Assembly: GCA_965213675.1 (NCBI GenBank)
Contig: OZ243916.1
Location: 3,520,001-3,584,000, forward strand
Direction: 5' to 3'
Length of the DNA stretch: 64,000 nt
Source: an uncultured Candidatus Binatia bacterium
GTDB taxonomy: Bacteria > Desulfobacterota > Binatia > UBA9968 > JAJDTQ01
A model generated the notes under the pieces. It ran no database searches, was not told the DNA's origin, and saw only the letters and a program-made list of their open reading frames with translations. Position 1 is the first letter of the stretch; each line of letters opens with the position of its first letter. The translations under genes and the position numbers were made by a program. Positions 55,043 to 64,000 of the stretch are shown here, one piece after another.

Positions 55043-56329
55043 ATGTTCGAAAAAACAGTTCTGGACAACGGCGTCAGGATCCTTACCGAGCAGCGTTCCG
55101 GGACCCGGGCGGTGAGCCTGGGCATCTGGGTGGAGAACGGCTCGCGCCATGAGGAGCTCGGTCAGGGCGGCCTGTCCCACTTTCTGGAGCACCTGCTGTT
55201 CAAGGGCACGAAGACCCGCAGCGCGCAACGGATCGCTGAAGAGATGGACGCCGTGGGCGGCGTGCTCAACGCGTTCACCGGCAAGGAAAACACCTGCTAC
55301 TACGCCAAGGTGGTGGACGAGCACCTGCCGTTGGCCGTCGACGTCCTGAGCGATCTCTTCCTCAACTCGACGTTCGATCCGGAAGAGATCGAGCGCGAGC
55401 GCACCGTCATCCTTCAGGAGATCGCCTCGGCGGATGAAAACCCCGAGGACTTCGTCCACGATCTGTTCAGCCTCGACTATTTCGGCGATCATCCGCTGGC
55501 TCGACCGGTCTCCGGCGAAGTGGACACGGTTTCCGGCTTCACCCGGGACGATCTCCTGGGCTTCATGACAGAGCGTTATCTGCCCGGACGGATCGTCATC
55601 GCCGGCGCCGGGAATCTGGCGCACGCCGTTCTGGTGGACGCCGTGGGCGGCGCCTTTGGCGCGCTGCAGGCCAAGCCGTTGCAGGGCCGGGCGGCGCCGC
55701 CGGACGCCCGTTGCGGCCTGCACCATCATCCGCGCAAGCTCGGACAAGTGCACATTTGCCTGGGAGTGCCCGCGTTGGCGCACGGCGACCCGCGCATGTA
55801 CGTGGCGCACGTACTCAATACGTTGCTCGGGGGCGGGATGAGTTCGCGCCTGTTCCAGGAGATACGCGAGCGGCGCGGCAAGGCGTACTCGGTCTATTCG
55901 TTCCTGTCCCCCTACCGCGACACTGGCTACCTCGGCGTCTATGTCGGCACCAAAGCGGAGTGGACGCGGGAAGTCATCGACCTCGCCGCCGGCGAAATGG
56001 CCAAGGTGGCCGCGGGTGACGTGACCGAGGAGGAACTCGCGCGGGCGCGTGAGCAGCTCGTCGGCAACACGCTGCTGGGCCTTGAGTCCGCGGACTCGTG
56101 GATGACGCACATGACCCGGTGCGAAATGCACCGGGGCGAGCAAGTTTCCGTGGACGAGATCACCCGTGGCGTGCGCGATGTCACGCTGGAAGCCGTGGCC
56201 CAACTCGCCCAGGAGTGGTTCGTTCCCGGCGTCCTGACCGCCACCCTGCTCGGCGACCTGGAAGGTCACAGCGTCGACGGGGTCGGGTTCGGCGGCACCG
56301 ACCCCGAGGCGGCGGTCGCCAATCCCTGA
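55043..56329 (+). CDS. M16 family zinc peptidase
   Basis: [11 protein letters not shown] (HXXEH), [19 protein letters not shown]. Confidence 0.93.
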   Translation: MFEKTVLDNGVRILTEQRSGTRAVSLGIWVENGSRHEELGQGGLSHFLEHLLFKGTKTRSAQRIAEEMDAVGGVLNAFTGKENTCYYAKVVDEHLPLAVDVLSDLFLNSTFDPEEIERERTVILQEIASADENPEDFVHDLFSLDYFGDHPLARPVSGEVDTVSGFTRDDLLGFMTERYLPGRIVIAGAGNLAHAVLVDAVGGAFGALQAKPLQGRAAPPDARCGLHHHPRKLGQVHICLGVPALAHGDPRMYVAHVLNTLLGGGMSSRLFQEIRERRGKAYSVYSFLSPYRDTGYLGVYVGTKAEWTREVIDLAAGEMAKVAAGDVTEEELARAREQLVGNTLLGLESADSWMTHMTRCEMHRGEQVSVDEITRGVRDVTLEAVAQLAQEWFVPGVLTATLLGDLEGHSVDGVGFGGTDPEAAVANP

Positions 56330-56414
56330 CGTGCTGGCGGGCGGCAGTTGCAGCGGCGGCGGACCCGGCATCCCCGAAGGGCGCGCGCGAAATCGTACCG
56401 GGACGTTTCGAATC

Positions 56415-56440
56415 GCCATTCCCGCGCAGGCGGGAATCCA
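56415..56440 (+). repeat. REP-like palindrome
   Basis: GCCATTCCCGCGCAGGCGGGAATCCA. Confidence 0.8.
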
Positions 56441-56469
56441 TGAGCGGGGAAGGGCAAACGCACGGCGCC

Positions 56470-56967
56470 ATGGCCGACGTCAAGGTCCAGATCAGGCGGG
56501 TGAGGGACGGCAAAGCCTCCGTTCCCCTGCCGCGCTACATGACCGAGGGCTCGGCCGGGCTGGACCTGGCAGCCGCGGTGGAGGATGAGGTCGAACTTGC
56601 CCCGCTGGAGCGGGCCTTGATACCTACGGGCTTCGCGCTGGCGTTGCCGCCGGGTTTCGAGGGTCAGATCCGTCCCCGGAGCGGACTGGCGCTGAAGCGT
56701 GGCGTTACCTTGGTGAACAGCCCCGGCACCATCGACGCGGACTACCGTGGCGAGGTGCAGCTCGCCATCATCAACTTGGGCACGGAGCCGGCGACCATCC
56801 GCCACGGCGACCGCATCGCCCAGATGGTGGTGCAGCGTGTCCCGCGAGTGCAACTGGAGGAAGTGGACGAACTGCCCGCCTCCACCCGAGACGCCGGCGG
56901 CTTCGGGCACACCGGCGCACAGCAACCGGGAACCGCGAACCCGGCTGACAGGGTGAAGGAACCTTGA
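56470..56967 (+). CDS. dut: dUTPase
   Basis: [37 protein letters not shown]. Confidence 0.95.
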   Translation: MADVKVQIRRVRDGKASVPLPRYMTEGSAGLDLAAAVEDEVELAPLERALIPTGFALALPPGFEGQIRPRSGLALKRGVTLVNSPGTIDADYRGEVQLAIINLGTEPATIRHGDRIAQMVVQRVPRVQLEEVDELPASTRDAGGFGHTGAQQPGTANPADRVKEP

Positions 56968-57073
56968 GCAGTCGCTACCGCGGCAATTCTGTCCGTTCGT
57001 CCTGAGCGTGGCGAGTCCTGGGAGCTTGCCGAAGCGCGAGGGATGTCGAGGGACGGAAACTCGAACGCGCAAC

Positions 57074-58372
57074 ATGATCGAACGCTACACACGCCCCGAG
57101 ATGGCGCGGATCTGGTCCGAGGAGAACCGCTTCGCCAAGTGGCTGGAGGTGGAGGTGCTGGCCACCGAAGCGCTGGCCGAGTTGGACAAGGCGCCCCGTG
57201 ACGCGCCCGCGCGCATCCGGCGAAACGCGCGTTTCGATGTCGCGCGCATCCGCGAGATCGAACGCGAGGTGCACCACGAGCTCATCGCCTTCCTGCGTTG
57301 CCTCGCCGAGTCCATCGGCGACGACGCCCGTTTCGTGCACGTGGGCATGACCTCGTCCGACGTCATGGACACGGGGTTCTCGCTGCAGCTCAAGGACGCC
57401 AGCGCGCTCCTGCTGGAAGACGTGCGCACGTTCATGTCGGTGTTGCGGGACCAGGCGTACCGGTACAAGGACACGCCCATGATGGGGCGCACCCACGGCA
57501 TCCACGCCGAGCCCATCACCTTTGGCCTCAAGCTGGCCCTGTGGCACGAAGAGATGGGCCGCAATCTGGCGCGCCTGGAGAGCGCCGTGGCGGACGTGTG
57601 CTGCGGCATCGTATCCGGCGCGGTGGGCACCTATGCGCAGGTGCCCCCGGAGGTGGAAGCCTACGTGTGCAAGGCCGCGGGCCTCACGCCCGACCCGGCG
57701 TCGAACCAGATCATTCAGCGTGACCGCCACGCTTTCTTCTTCAGCGTCCTGGCCGTGCTGGCCAGCTCCATCGAGAAGTTCGCCGTGGAGGTTCGCCACC
57801 TCCAGCGCACCGAGGTGCTGGAAGCCGAGGAACCCTTCGCCGCGACCCAGATGGGTTCGTCCGCCATGCCGCACAAGCGCAACCCGATCCTCTCGGAGAA
57901 CGTCAGCGGTCTTGCCCGCCTGGTGCGGTCGTATTCCGTGTCGGCCCTGGAGAACGTCGCCCTGTGGCACGAACGCGACATCAGCCACTCGTCGGTGGAA
58001 CGGGTCATCGGTCCCGATGCCACCATCCTGGTGGACTTCATGCTGCACCGCTTCACCCGCGTCATCCGCGGTCTGTGCGTCTACCCCGAGAACATGGAGC
58101 GCAACCTCGCGCTGAGCGGCGGCGCGGTGTTCTCGCAAGGCGTGATGCTGCGCCTGGTGGAGAAGGGAATGGCGCGGGACGAGGCCTACAAGGTGGTCCA
58201 GCGGCACGGCCTCGTGGCGGCCAAGGAGGGCAAGGACCTCAAGCAGCAATTGCTGGAGGATGCCACGGTCACGGAGCACTTGAGCCTTGGCGAGATCGAC
58301 GAGGTCTGGCAGCTCAAGAACTGTTTCCGGCACGTGGACGCCATCTTTGAACGGGTATTCGGCGCGGCCTGA
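57074..58372 (+). CDS. purB: Adenylosuccinate lyase
   Basis: MIERYTRPEM, GRTHG, GSSAMPHKRNP, HERDISHSSVER. Confidence 0.96.
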   Translation: MIERYTRPEMARIWSEENRFAKWLEVEVLATEALAELDKAPRDAPARIRRNARFDVARIREIEREVHHELIAFLRCLAESIGDDARFVHVGMTSSDVMDTGFSLQLKDASALLLEDVRTFMSVLRDQAYRYKDTPMMGRTHGIHAEPITFGLKLALWHEEMGRNLARLESAVADVCCGIVSGAVGTYAQVPPEVEAYVCKAAGLTPDPASNQIIQRDRHAFFFSVLAVLASSIEKFAVEVRHLQRTEVLEAEEPFAATQMGSSAMPHKRNPILSENVSGLARLVRSYSVSALENVALWHERDISHSSVERVIGPDATILVDFMLHRFTRVIRGLCVYPENMERNLALSGGAVFSQGVMLRLVEKGMARDEAYKVVQRHGLVAAKEGKDLKQQLLEDATVTEHLSLGEIDEVWQLKNCFRHVDAIFERVFGAA

Positions 58373-58431
58373 AGGGCGGATTTACAGGACACTGGATTCA
58401 AACCGCGCCCGCAGGGCGCACGAGGAGAGCC

Positions 58432-59139
58432 ATGGAAAAGCGTGAGTTCATGTACGAAGGCAAGGCGAAGAAGCTCTATACCACCGACGATCCCGCCAGG
58501 ATGATCCAGTATTTCAAGGACGACGCCAGCGCCTTCAACAAGAAGAAACTGGGCAGCGTCACCTCCAAGGGAGTCGTCAACAACGCCATCTCCGAGGTGC
58601 TGTTCAAGCACCTGGAAGCCAACGGCGTGCCCACACACTTCCTCGATCGGCTCAACGACCGGGAGATGCTGGTGTGGAAGCTGGACATGCTCCCCATCGA
58701 GGTGATCATCCGGAACATCGTGGCCGGCAGCATGGCCAAGCGCCTGGGCCTGGAGGAGGGGCAGTCCCTGTCCACCACCATCCTGGAGTTTTGCTACAAG
58801 TGCGACGAGCTCGATGATCCGATCATCAACGATTACCACATCCTCGCGTTGGGCTACGCCACGGCGCAGGAGCTGGAGGAGATCAAGCGTCTGACCTTCC
58901 GCACCAACGAGTTGATGAAGGCGTTCTTCGACGAACGCGACCTGATCCTCGTGGACTTCAAGCTCGAGTTCGGCAAGCGCGACGGACAGATCGTCCTGGC
59001 CGACGAGATCTGCCCCGACACCTGCCGTTTCTGGCAGAAGGGCTCCCTGGAAAAGATGGACAAGGACCGCTTCCGCCGCGACCTGGGCGGCGTCGAGGAA
59101 GCCTACCAGGAAGTATGCCGCCGGGTCACCGGCGGGTAG
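58432..59139 (+). CDS. purC: SAICAR synthase
   Basis: YEGKAK, LVDFKLEFG, ADEICPDTCRFW, DKDRFR. Confidence 0.96.
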   Translation: MEKREFMYEGKAKKLYTTDDPARMIQYFKDDASAFNKKKLGSVTSKGVVNNAISEVLFKHLEANGVPTHFLDRLNDREMLVWKLDMLPIEVIIRNIVAGSMAKRLGLEEGQSLSTTILEFCYKCDELDDPIINDYHILALGYATAQELEEIKRLTFRTNELMKAFFDERDLILVDFKLEFGKRDGQIVLADEICPDTCRFWQKGSLEKMDKDRFRRDLGGVEEAYQEVCRRVTGG

Positions 59140-59162
59140 TCGGCGGTGCACCCCGCACACCG

Positions 59163-59212
59163 GTCATTCCCGTGCAAGTTCATCCTCGCCCCTGATCGGG
59201 GGCGGGAATCCA
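59163..59212 (+). repeat. Extended REP-like palindrome
   Basis: GTCATTCCCG...CCCCTGATCGGGG-GCGGGAATCCA. Confidence 0.65.
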
Positions 59213-59237
59213 GGTCTTGTGGGACGCGGTTTTTACG

Positions 59238-59483
59238 ATGCTCGTCAAAGTCTTCGTAACCCTCAAGGAAGGCGTCCTCGATCCCCAGGGGAAGGCCGTG
59301 GAGAACTCCCTCCACAGCCTCGGGTTCGGCGCCGTCAGGGAAGTGCGCGTGGGCAAGTACCTGGAGCTGCGCCTGGATGTCGCCGAGGTCGAGGACGCCG
59401 AGCGGCAGGCGCGGCGCATGTGCGAGAAACTGCTCGCCAACCCGGTCATCGAGGACTACCGCTTCGAGGTCGCAGCGGTCTAG
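59238..59483 (+). CDS. purS: FGAM synthase subunit PurS
   Basis: VLDPQGKAV, VRVGK, LLANPVIE. Confidence 0.95.
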   Translation: MLVKVFVTLKEGVLDPQGKAVENSLHSLGFGAVREVRVGKYLELRLDVAEVEDAERQARRMCEKLLANPVIEDYRFEVAAV

Positions 59484-59501
59484 CGGCGGGACGCCAGGAT
59501 C

Positions 59502-60206
59502 ATGCGTTGGGGGGTGGCGGTCTTTCCTGGTTCCTGCGACGACGACGATGTCGTCCATTGTCTGCGCCACGTGCTCGGCCATGACGTGCGTACCCTGTGG
59601 CACAACGACCCATTCGACGGCCAGTGTGACGGCGTGGTCCTGCCGGGCGGTTTTTCCTACGGCGACTACCTGCGCGCCGGCGCCATGGCACGGTTCGCGC
59701 CGGTGATGCGGGGCATCGTCGACTTCGCCGCGGCCGGCGGCCTTGTGCTCGGCATCTGCAACGGTTTCCAGATCCTGTGCGAGGCCGGACTGCTCCCCGG
59801 CGCCCTCACGCGCAACGAGTCCCTGCGCTTCGTGTGCCGGCGCGTGACCCTGCGCGTGGAACACGCCCAGGCGCCCTTTACCTGCACGGCCGAAGCCGGC
59901 ACTCTGCTGGAGATGCCGGTCAAGCACGGTGAAGGCCGCTATTACGCGGACGCCCCCACCCTCAAGGAATTGCGCGCTCACGGACAAGTGCTGCTGCGTT
60001 ACGTGGACGCGGCCGGGCGGCCCTCCGGCGCGGCCAATCCCAACGGCTCGGCGGAGAACATCGCTGGCGTGTGCAACCGGGGGCGCAATGTCTTCGGCCT
60101 GATGCCGCATCCCGAGGATGCCGCGGAGAAATTGCTCGGAGGCGCCGGCGGCCTGACCATCTTCTCCTCCATGGCCGCCGATGTCCGGCGGCGGAACGGC
60201 GCGTGA
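59502..60206 (+). CDS. purQ: FGAM synthase glutaminase PurQ
   Basis: [26 protein letters not shown]. Confidence 0.95.
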   Translation: MRWGVAVFPGSCDDDDVVHCLRHVLGHDVRTLWHNDPFDGQCDGVVLPGGFSYGDYLRAGAMARFAPVMRGIVDFAAAGGLVLGICNGFQILCEAGLLPGALTRNESLRFVCRRVTLRVEHAQAPFTCTAEAGTLLEMPVKHGEGRYYADAPTLKELRAHGQVLLRYVDAAGRPSGAANPNGSAENIAGVCNRGRNVFGLMPHPEDAAEKLLGGAGGLTIFSSMAADVRRRNGA

Positions 60207-60468
60207 GGCTGCCACTGCCGGCCTGGGACGCCTCAAGGCCGCATTCGTGACCCACCCCGCCAGGAGCCTGCGCCGCAGGCTCCTGGGAGTCTGTCGGGCT
60301 TGTCGAATCGGAGCGCGAGGCAGAGGATGGTTTCGGGCGGGTTCGAGGAGAACATGGGTACAATTGGACGAAACTCCAACCGCAAGCCCTTTCGGAGGCC
60401 CATTCACAAGTCCATTTCCCCGCCCGCATCGGATTCCTGATGGATCCGGCAGACTCCCGGGTAGACCC

Positions 60469-62700
60469 ATGAGCGACGCAACGAATCCTGAGACCGCGCC
60501 CGTCACCGCCGAGGTGGTGCGCGCCCACGGCCTGACCGACCCGGAGTACGCGGAGATTCTGCGGCTTCTGGGACGTGCGCCGAACCTGACCGAGCTGGGC
60601 GTCTTCTCGGTGATGTGGTCGGAGCACTGCAGCTACAAGAGTTCGCGCACGCACCTGAAGCAGCTTCCCACCGAAGGCCCCCGAGTCATCCACGGTCCCG
60701 GCGAGAACGCCGGCGTCATGGACATCGGCGATGGCCTGGCCGTCGTGTTCAAGATGGAAAGCCACAACCACCCGTCCTTCATCGAGCCCTTCCAGGGCGC
60801 GGCCACCGGCGTGGGCGGCATTCTGCGCGATGTCTTCACCATGGGAGCGCGCCCCATCGCCAGCCTCAACTCACTGCGCTTCGGCAGCGCGCGCCATTCC
60901 AGGACCCCTTATCTGGTGAACGGCGTGGTGGGCGGCATCGGCGGCTACGGCAATTGCGTCGGCGTGCCCACCGTGGGCGGCGAAGTCTATTTCGACGAGT
61001 GCTACGACGCCAACATCCTGGTGAATGCGTTCACGCTGGGCCTGGCGGAGCGGGACCGTCTGTTCACCGGCAAGGCTCGGGGCGCCGGCAACCCGGTGGT
61101 GTACGTGGGTTCCAAGACCGGGCGGGACGGCGTTCACGGCGCCACCATGGCGTCGGAGTCCTTTTCCGACGAAACCGAGCAGCGCCGCCCCACGGTTCAG
61201 GTCGGTGATCCCTTCACCGAGAAACTCCTCATCGAGGCTTGCCTGGAACTGATGCGGACCGACGCCATCGTGGGCATCCAGGACATGGGCGCCGCGGGCC
61301 TTACTAGCTCCGCGGTGGAGATGGCCGGGCGGGCCGGCTCCGGCGTCGAGTTGGAGCTGTCCCGCGTGCCGCTGCGAGAACCGGGCATGACCCCCTACGA
61401 GATCCTGCTGTCCGAGTCCCAGGAGCGCATGCTGTTGGTGGCGCACCCGGAGTCGGTGCCGGAGGTGCTGGCGGTCTTCCGGCGCTGGGACCTCGACGCC
61501 GTGGTGTTGGGCCGGGTCATCGACGAGCCCGTGTTCCGGGTGCTGTCGGCGGGCCGTCCAGTGGCCGACATCCCGGTGGCCGCCCTCACGGACGCCGCGC
61601 CGGCGTACGACCGGCCGGCCAAACGTCCTCCGCGCCAGGATGAGATACAACGTCTCAACGTGGACGCGTTGCCGCGGCCCGAGAGCATGACGCGCGTCCT
61701 GGAGCAACTGCTGGATTCGCCGAACCTGGCTTCCCGGGAGTGGGTCTACCGCCAGTACGACCACTACGTGCGCGGCAACACGGTGCTGGCGCCAGGCGCC
61801 GACGCCGCGGTGATCCGCGTCAAGGGCACCGCCAAGGGACTGGCCCTCACCGTGGACTGCAACGCCCGCTACTGCTACCTCGACCCCCGCGTGGGCGGCA
61901 TGACCGCGGTGGCGGAGGCGGCGCGGAACCTGTCGTGCGTGGGGGCGACGCCGCTGGGGCTCACGGACTGCCTCAACTTCGGCAATCCCGAGCGGGAGGA
62001 CGTCATGTGGCAGTTCTCCCAGGCCATCCAGGGCATGCGCGAGGCGTGCCTGGCGCTGGAAGTCCCGGTGGTGAGCGGCAACGTGAGCTTCTATAACGAG
62101 ACCGACGGGGTCTCCATCCACCCCACGCCCACGGTGGCCATGGTGGGCCTGCTGGAGGACGTGACCCGCACCGCCACCCCGTGGTTCAAGGACGAAGGTG
62201 ATCTGGTGGCGCTGTTGGGCGTCAACCGCGACGAGCTGGGCGGCAGCGAGTACCTCAAGGTCGTGCACGGGCAGGTGGCGGGCAAACCCCCGGCTGTGGA
62301 TCTGGCCCTGGAGCGCGGCGTCCAGCGGACCTGCCGGGTGGCGGTGGAACGGGGGCTGCTCGCGTCGGCCCACGACGTTTCCGAGGGTGGGCTTGCCGTG
62401 GCCCTGGCGGACTGCTGCATCTCACATCCGGACCCGCCCGGCATCGGAGCGGTCATCGAGACGGAACAACGCGGACGCGCGGACACGCTGTTGTTCGGCG
62501 AATCGCATTCGCGCATCGTCGTATCCCTGAAGGAGAAGGACTACGGCGGGTTGCGGGACATCGCGGCGCGGGAGAAGGCGGCCATCGCGGTCATCGGCCA
62601 GGTGGGCGGGGAATTCTTGTCCATCAACGATCAAGTGCGCGCGCCGGTGCAACGGTTGCGCCGCATCTGGTCGACGGCCCTGGAACGGTGTGTTAAGTGA
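60469..62700 (+). CDS. purL: FGAM synthase PurL (small type)
   Basis: [39 protein letters not shown]. Confidence 0.96.
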   Translation: MSDATNPETAPVTAEVVRAHGLTDPEYAEILRLLGRAPNLTELGVFSVMWSEHCSYKSSRTHLKQLPTEGPRVIHGPGENAGVMDIGDGLAVVFKMESHNHPSFIEPFQGAATGVGGILRDVFTMGARPIASLNSLRFGSARHSRTPYLVNGVVGGIGGYGNCVGVPTVGGEVYFDECYDANILVNAFTLGLAERDRLFTGKARGAGNPVVYVGSKTGRDGVHGATMASESFSDETEQRRPTVQVGDPFTEKLLIEACLELMRTDAIVGIQDMGAAGLTSSAVEMAGRAGSGVELELSRVPLREPGMTPYEILLSESQERMLLVAHPESVPEVLAVFRRWDLDAVVLGRVIDEPVFRVLSAGRPVADIPVAALTDAAPAYDRPAKRPPRQDEIQRLNVDALPRPESMTRVLEQLLDSPNLASREWVYRQYDHYVRGNTVLAPGADAAVIRVKGTAKGLALTVDCNARYCYLDPRVGGMTAVAEAARNLSCVGATPLGLTDCLNFGNPEREDVMWQFSQAIQGMREACLALEVPVVSGNVSFYNETDGVSIHPTPTVAMVGLLEDVTRTATPWFKDEGDLVALLGVNRDELGGSEYLKVVHGQVAGKPPAVDLALERGVQRTCRVAVERGLLASAHDVSEGGLAVALADCCISHPDPPGIGAVIETEQRGRADTLLFGESHSRIVVSLKEKDYGGLRDIAAREKAAIAVIGQVGGEFLSINDQVRAPVQRLRRIWSTALERCVK

Positions 62701-62757
62701 CCCGCAGGCTCGGGAACGGAAAGCGAGTGCCCCGCATGGCGCTTTCCCAGGCAGGAT

Positions 62758-64000
62758 ATGATGTTCGACAAATTCCATGAAGAGTGCGCCGTGGTGGGCG
62801 TCTACGGCCACCCCGAAGCCGCCAACATGGCGTACCTGGGGCTCTACGCCCTGCAGCACCGGGGCCAGGAATCCACCGGCATCGTGTCCTCCAACGGCGA
62901 TGTCCTCATCTCCCACCGCCAGATGGGTCTGGTGGCGGACGTCTTCAAGGAGGACATCATCAAGAACCTCCACGGCGCCTCGGCCATCGGGCACAACCGC
63001 TATTCCACCAGCGGCGACACCGACATCAAGAACGCCCAGCCGTTCGTGGTGGAATATGCCGACGGTCCCATCGCCGTGTCCCACAACGGCAATCTGATCA
63101 ACGCCAACGAGCTCCGGCAGCGGCTTGAGGAGTCCGGCTCCATCTTCCAGTCCACCTCCGACACCGAGGTGATCGTCCACCTGATCGCCACCTCCAGGGA
63201 GAAGACCCTGACGGACCGCATCATCGACGCGCTCCACCGGGTCAAGGGTTCCTACTCCCTCGTGTTCCTTACCAACCATCTCATGATCGCCGCCCGCGAC
63301 CCCGTAGGGTTCCGGCCGCTCATCGTGGGCCGGTTCCGAGGGTCCGGGAATCCGGCCGCCTGGGTGGTGGCGTCGGAGACCTGTGTGCTGGATCTGATCG
63401 AGGCCGAGTACGTACGCGAGGTGGAGCCGGGCGAAGTGCTGGTCTTCAGCGGTGGCGGCATGGAGTCCCTCAAGCCCTTCCCGGTGAGCGCTCCGGCCCG
63501 TTGCATCTTCGAGTCCATCTACTTCGCCCGGCCCGACAGCAACGTCTTCGGCCACAGCGTCTACCAGTACCGCAAGGAACTGGGCCGCCAGCTCGCACGC
63601 GAGAGTCACATCGACGCCGACATCGTGACGCCGGTGCCCGACTCGGGAGTGCCCGCGGCCATCGGCTACGCCGAACAGTCCGGCATTCCGCTGGATCTCG
63701 CCCTGATCCGCAATCACTACGTCGGCCGCACCTTCATCGAGCCGCAGCAACACATCCGGAACTTCGGCGTCAAGATCAAGCTCAACGCCATGCGCGAGGT
63801 GCTTCAGGGAAAGCGCGTGGTGGTGGTGGACGACTCCATCGTCCGCGGCACCACCAGCCAGAAGATCATCCGCATGCTGCGCGAGGCGGGAGCCACCGAG
63901 GTCCACGTCCGCATCAGCTCCCCCCCCACCGTCAGCCCCTGCTACTACGGCATCGACACCCCCACCCACAAGGAACTCATCGCCTCCCTCCACACCGTCG
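62758..64000 (+). CDS. purF: Amidophosphoribosyltransferase (3' end beyond the window)
   Basis: EECAVVG, ALQHRGQE, HNRYST, HNGNL, VPDSG, VDDSIVRGTT. Confidence 0.95.
   Translation, partial: MMFDKFHEECAVVGVYGHPEAANMAYLGLYALQHRGQESTGIVSSNGDVLISHRQMGLVADVFKEDIIKNLHGASAIGHNRYSTSGDTDIKNAQPFVVEYADGPIAVSHNGNLINANELRQRLEESGSIFQSTSDTEVIVHLIATSREKTLTDRIIDALHRVKGSYSLVFLTNHLMIAARDPVGFRPLIVGRFRGSGNPAAWVVASETCVLDLIEAEYVREVEPGEVLVFSGGGMESLKPFPVSAPARCIFESIYFARPDSNVFGHSVYQYRKELGRQLARESHIDADIVTPVPDSGVPAAIGYAEQSGIPLDLALIRNHYVGRTFIEPQQHIRNFGVKIKLNAMREVLQGKRVVVVDDSIVRGTTSQKIIRMLREAGATEVHVRISSPPTVSPCYYGIDTPTHKELIASLHTV

Noticed and set aside
60181-60468. 96-aa N-terminal extension of PurL in the ORF track
   Set aside because: Low-information sequence; PurL homology begins near Met at 60469, so this is treated as intergenic.

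Overview
GC-rich bacterial chromosomal window using genetic code 11. The gene content and order look deltaproteobacterial/Binatota-like, which is an inference. The right half (40-64 kb) is ordinary core genome: queF-dnaB, ntrB/ntrC-like genes plus thiE, rimP-nusA-ylxR-infB-DUF503-rbfA-truB-rpsO-pnp-M16 peptidase-dut, and purB-C-S-Q-L-F. The left half is accessory and catabolic: two ThDP enzymes, an MFS transporter, an amidohydrolase, UbiD, a heme-oxygenase-like diiron enzyme, PrpD, an RdhA-like Fe-S/cobalamin protein, MetE-like and enolase-superfamily enzymes, an ABC transporter and aguBA. It also has decayed toxin-antitoxin pairs, lower-GC inserts and three copies of a ~165-bp CTAG-flanked MITE. 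The main results are two genes hidden from the ORF track by in-frame TGA codons, each followed by a SECIS-like hairpin. (1) A deiodinase-like selenoprotein (FGSIT-U-PPF) at 13451-14155. (2) A 71-aa protein of no family I recognise, with two in-frame TGAs in a U-Y-R-N-U motif, at 19626-19841; it lies between an uncharacterised gene and a convergent diiron oxidase. No selA/B/C/D genes are in the window, so Sec decoding must be confirmed elsewhere in the genome.
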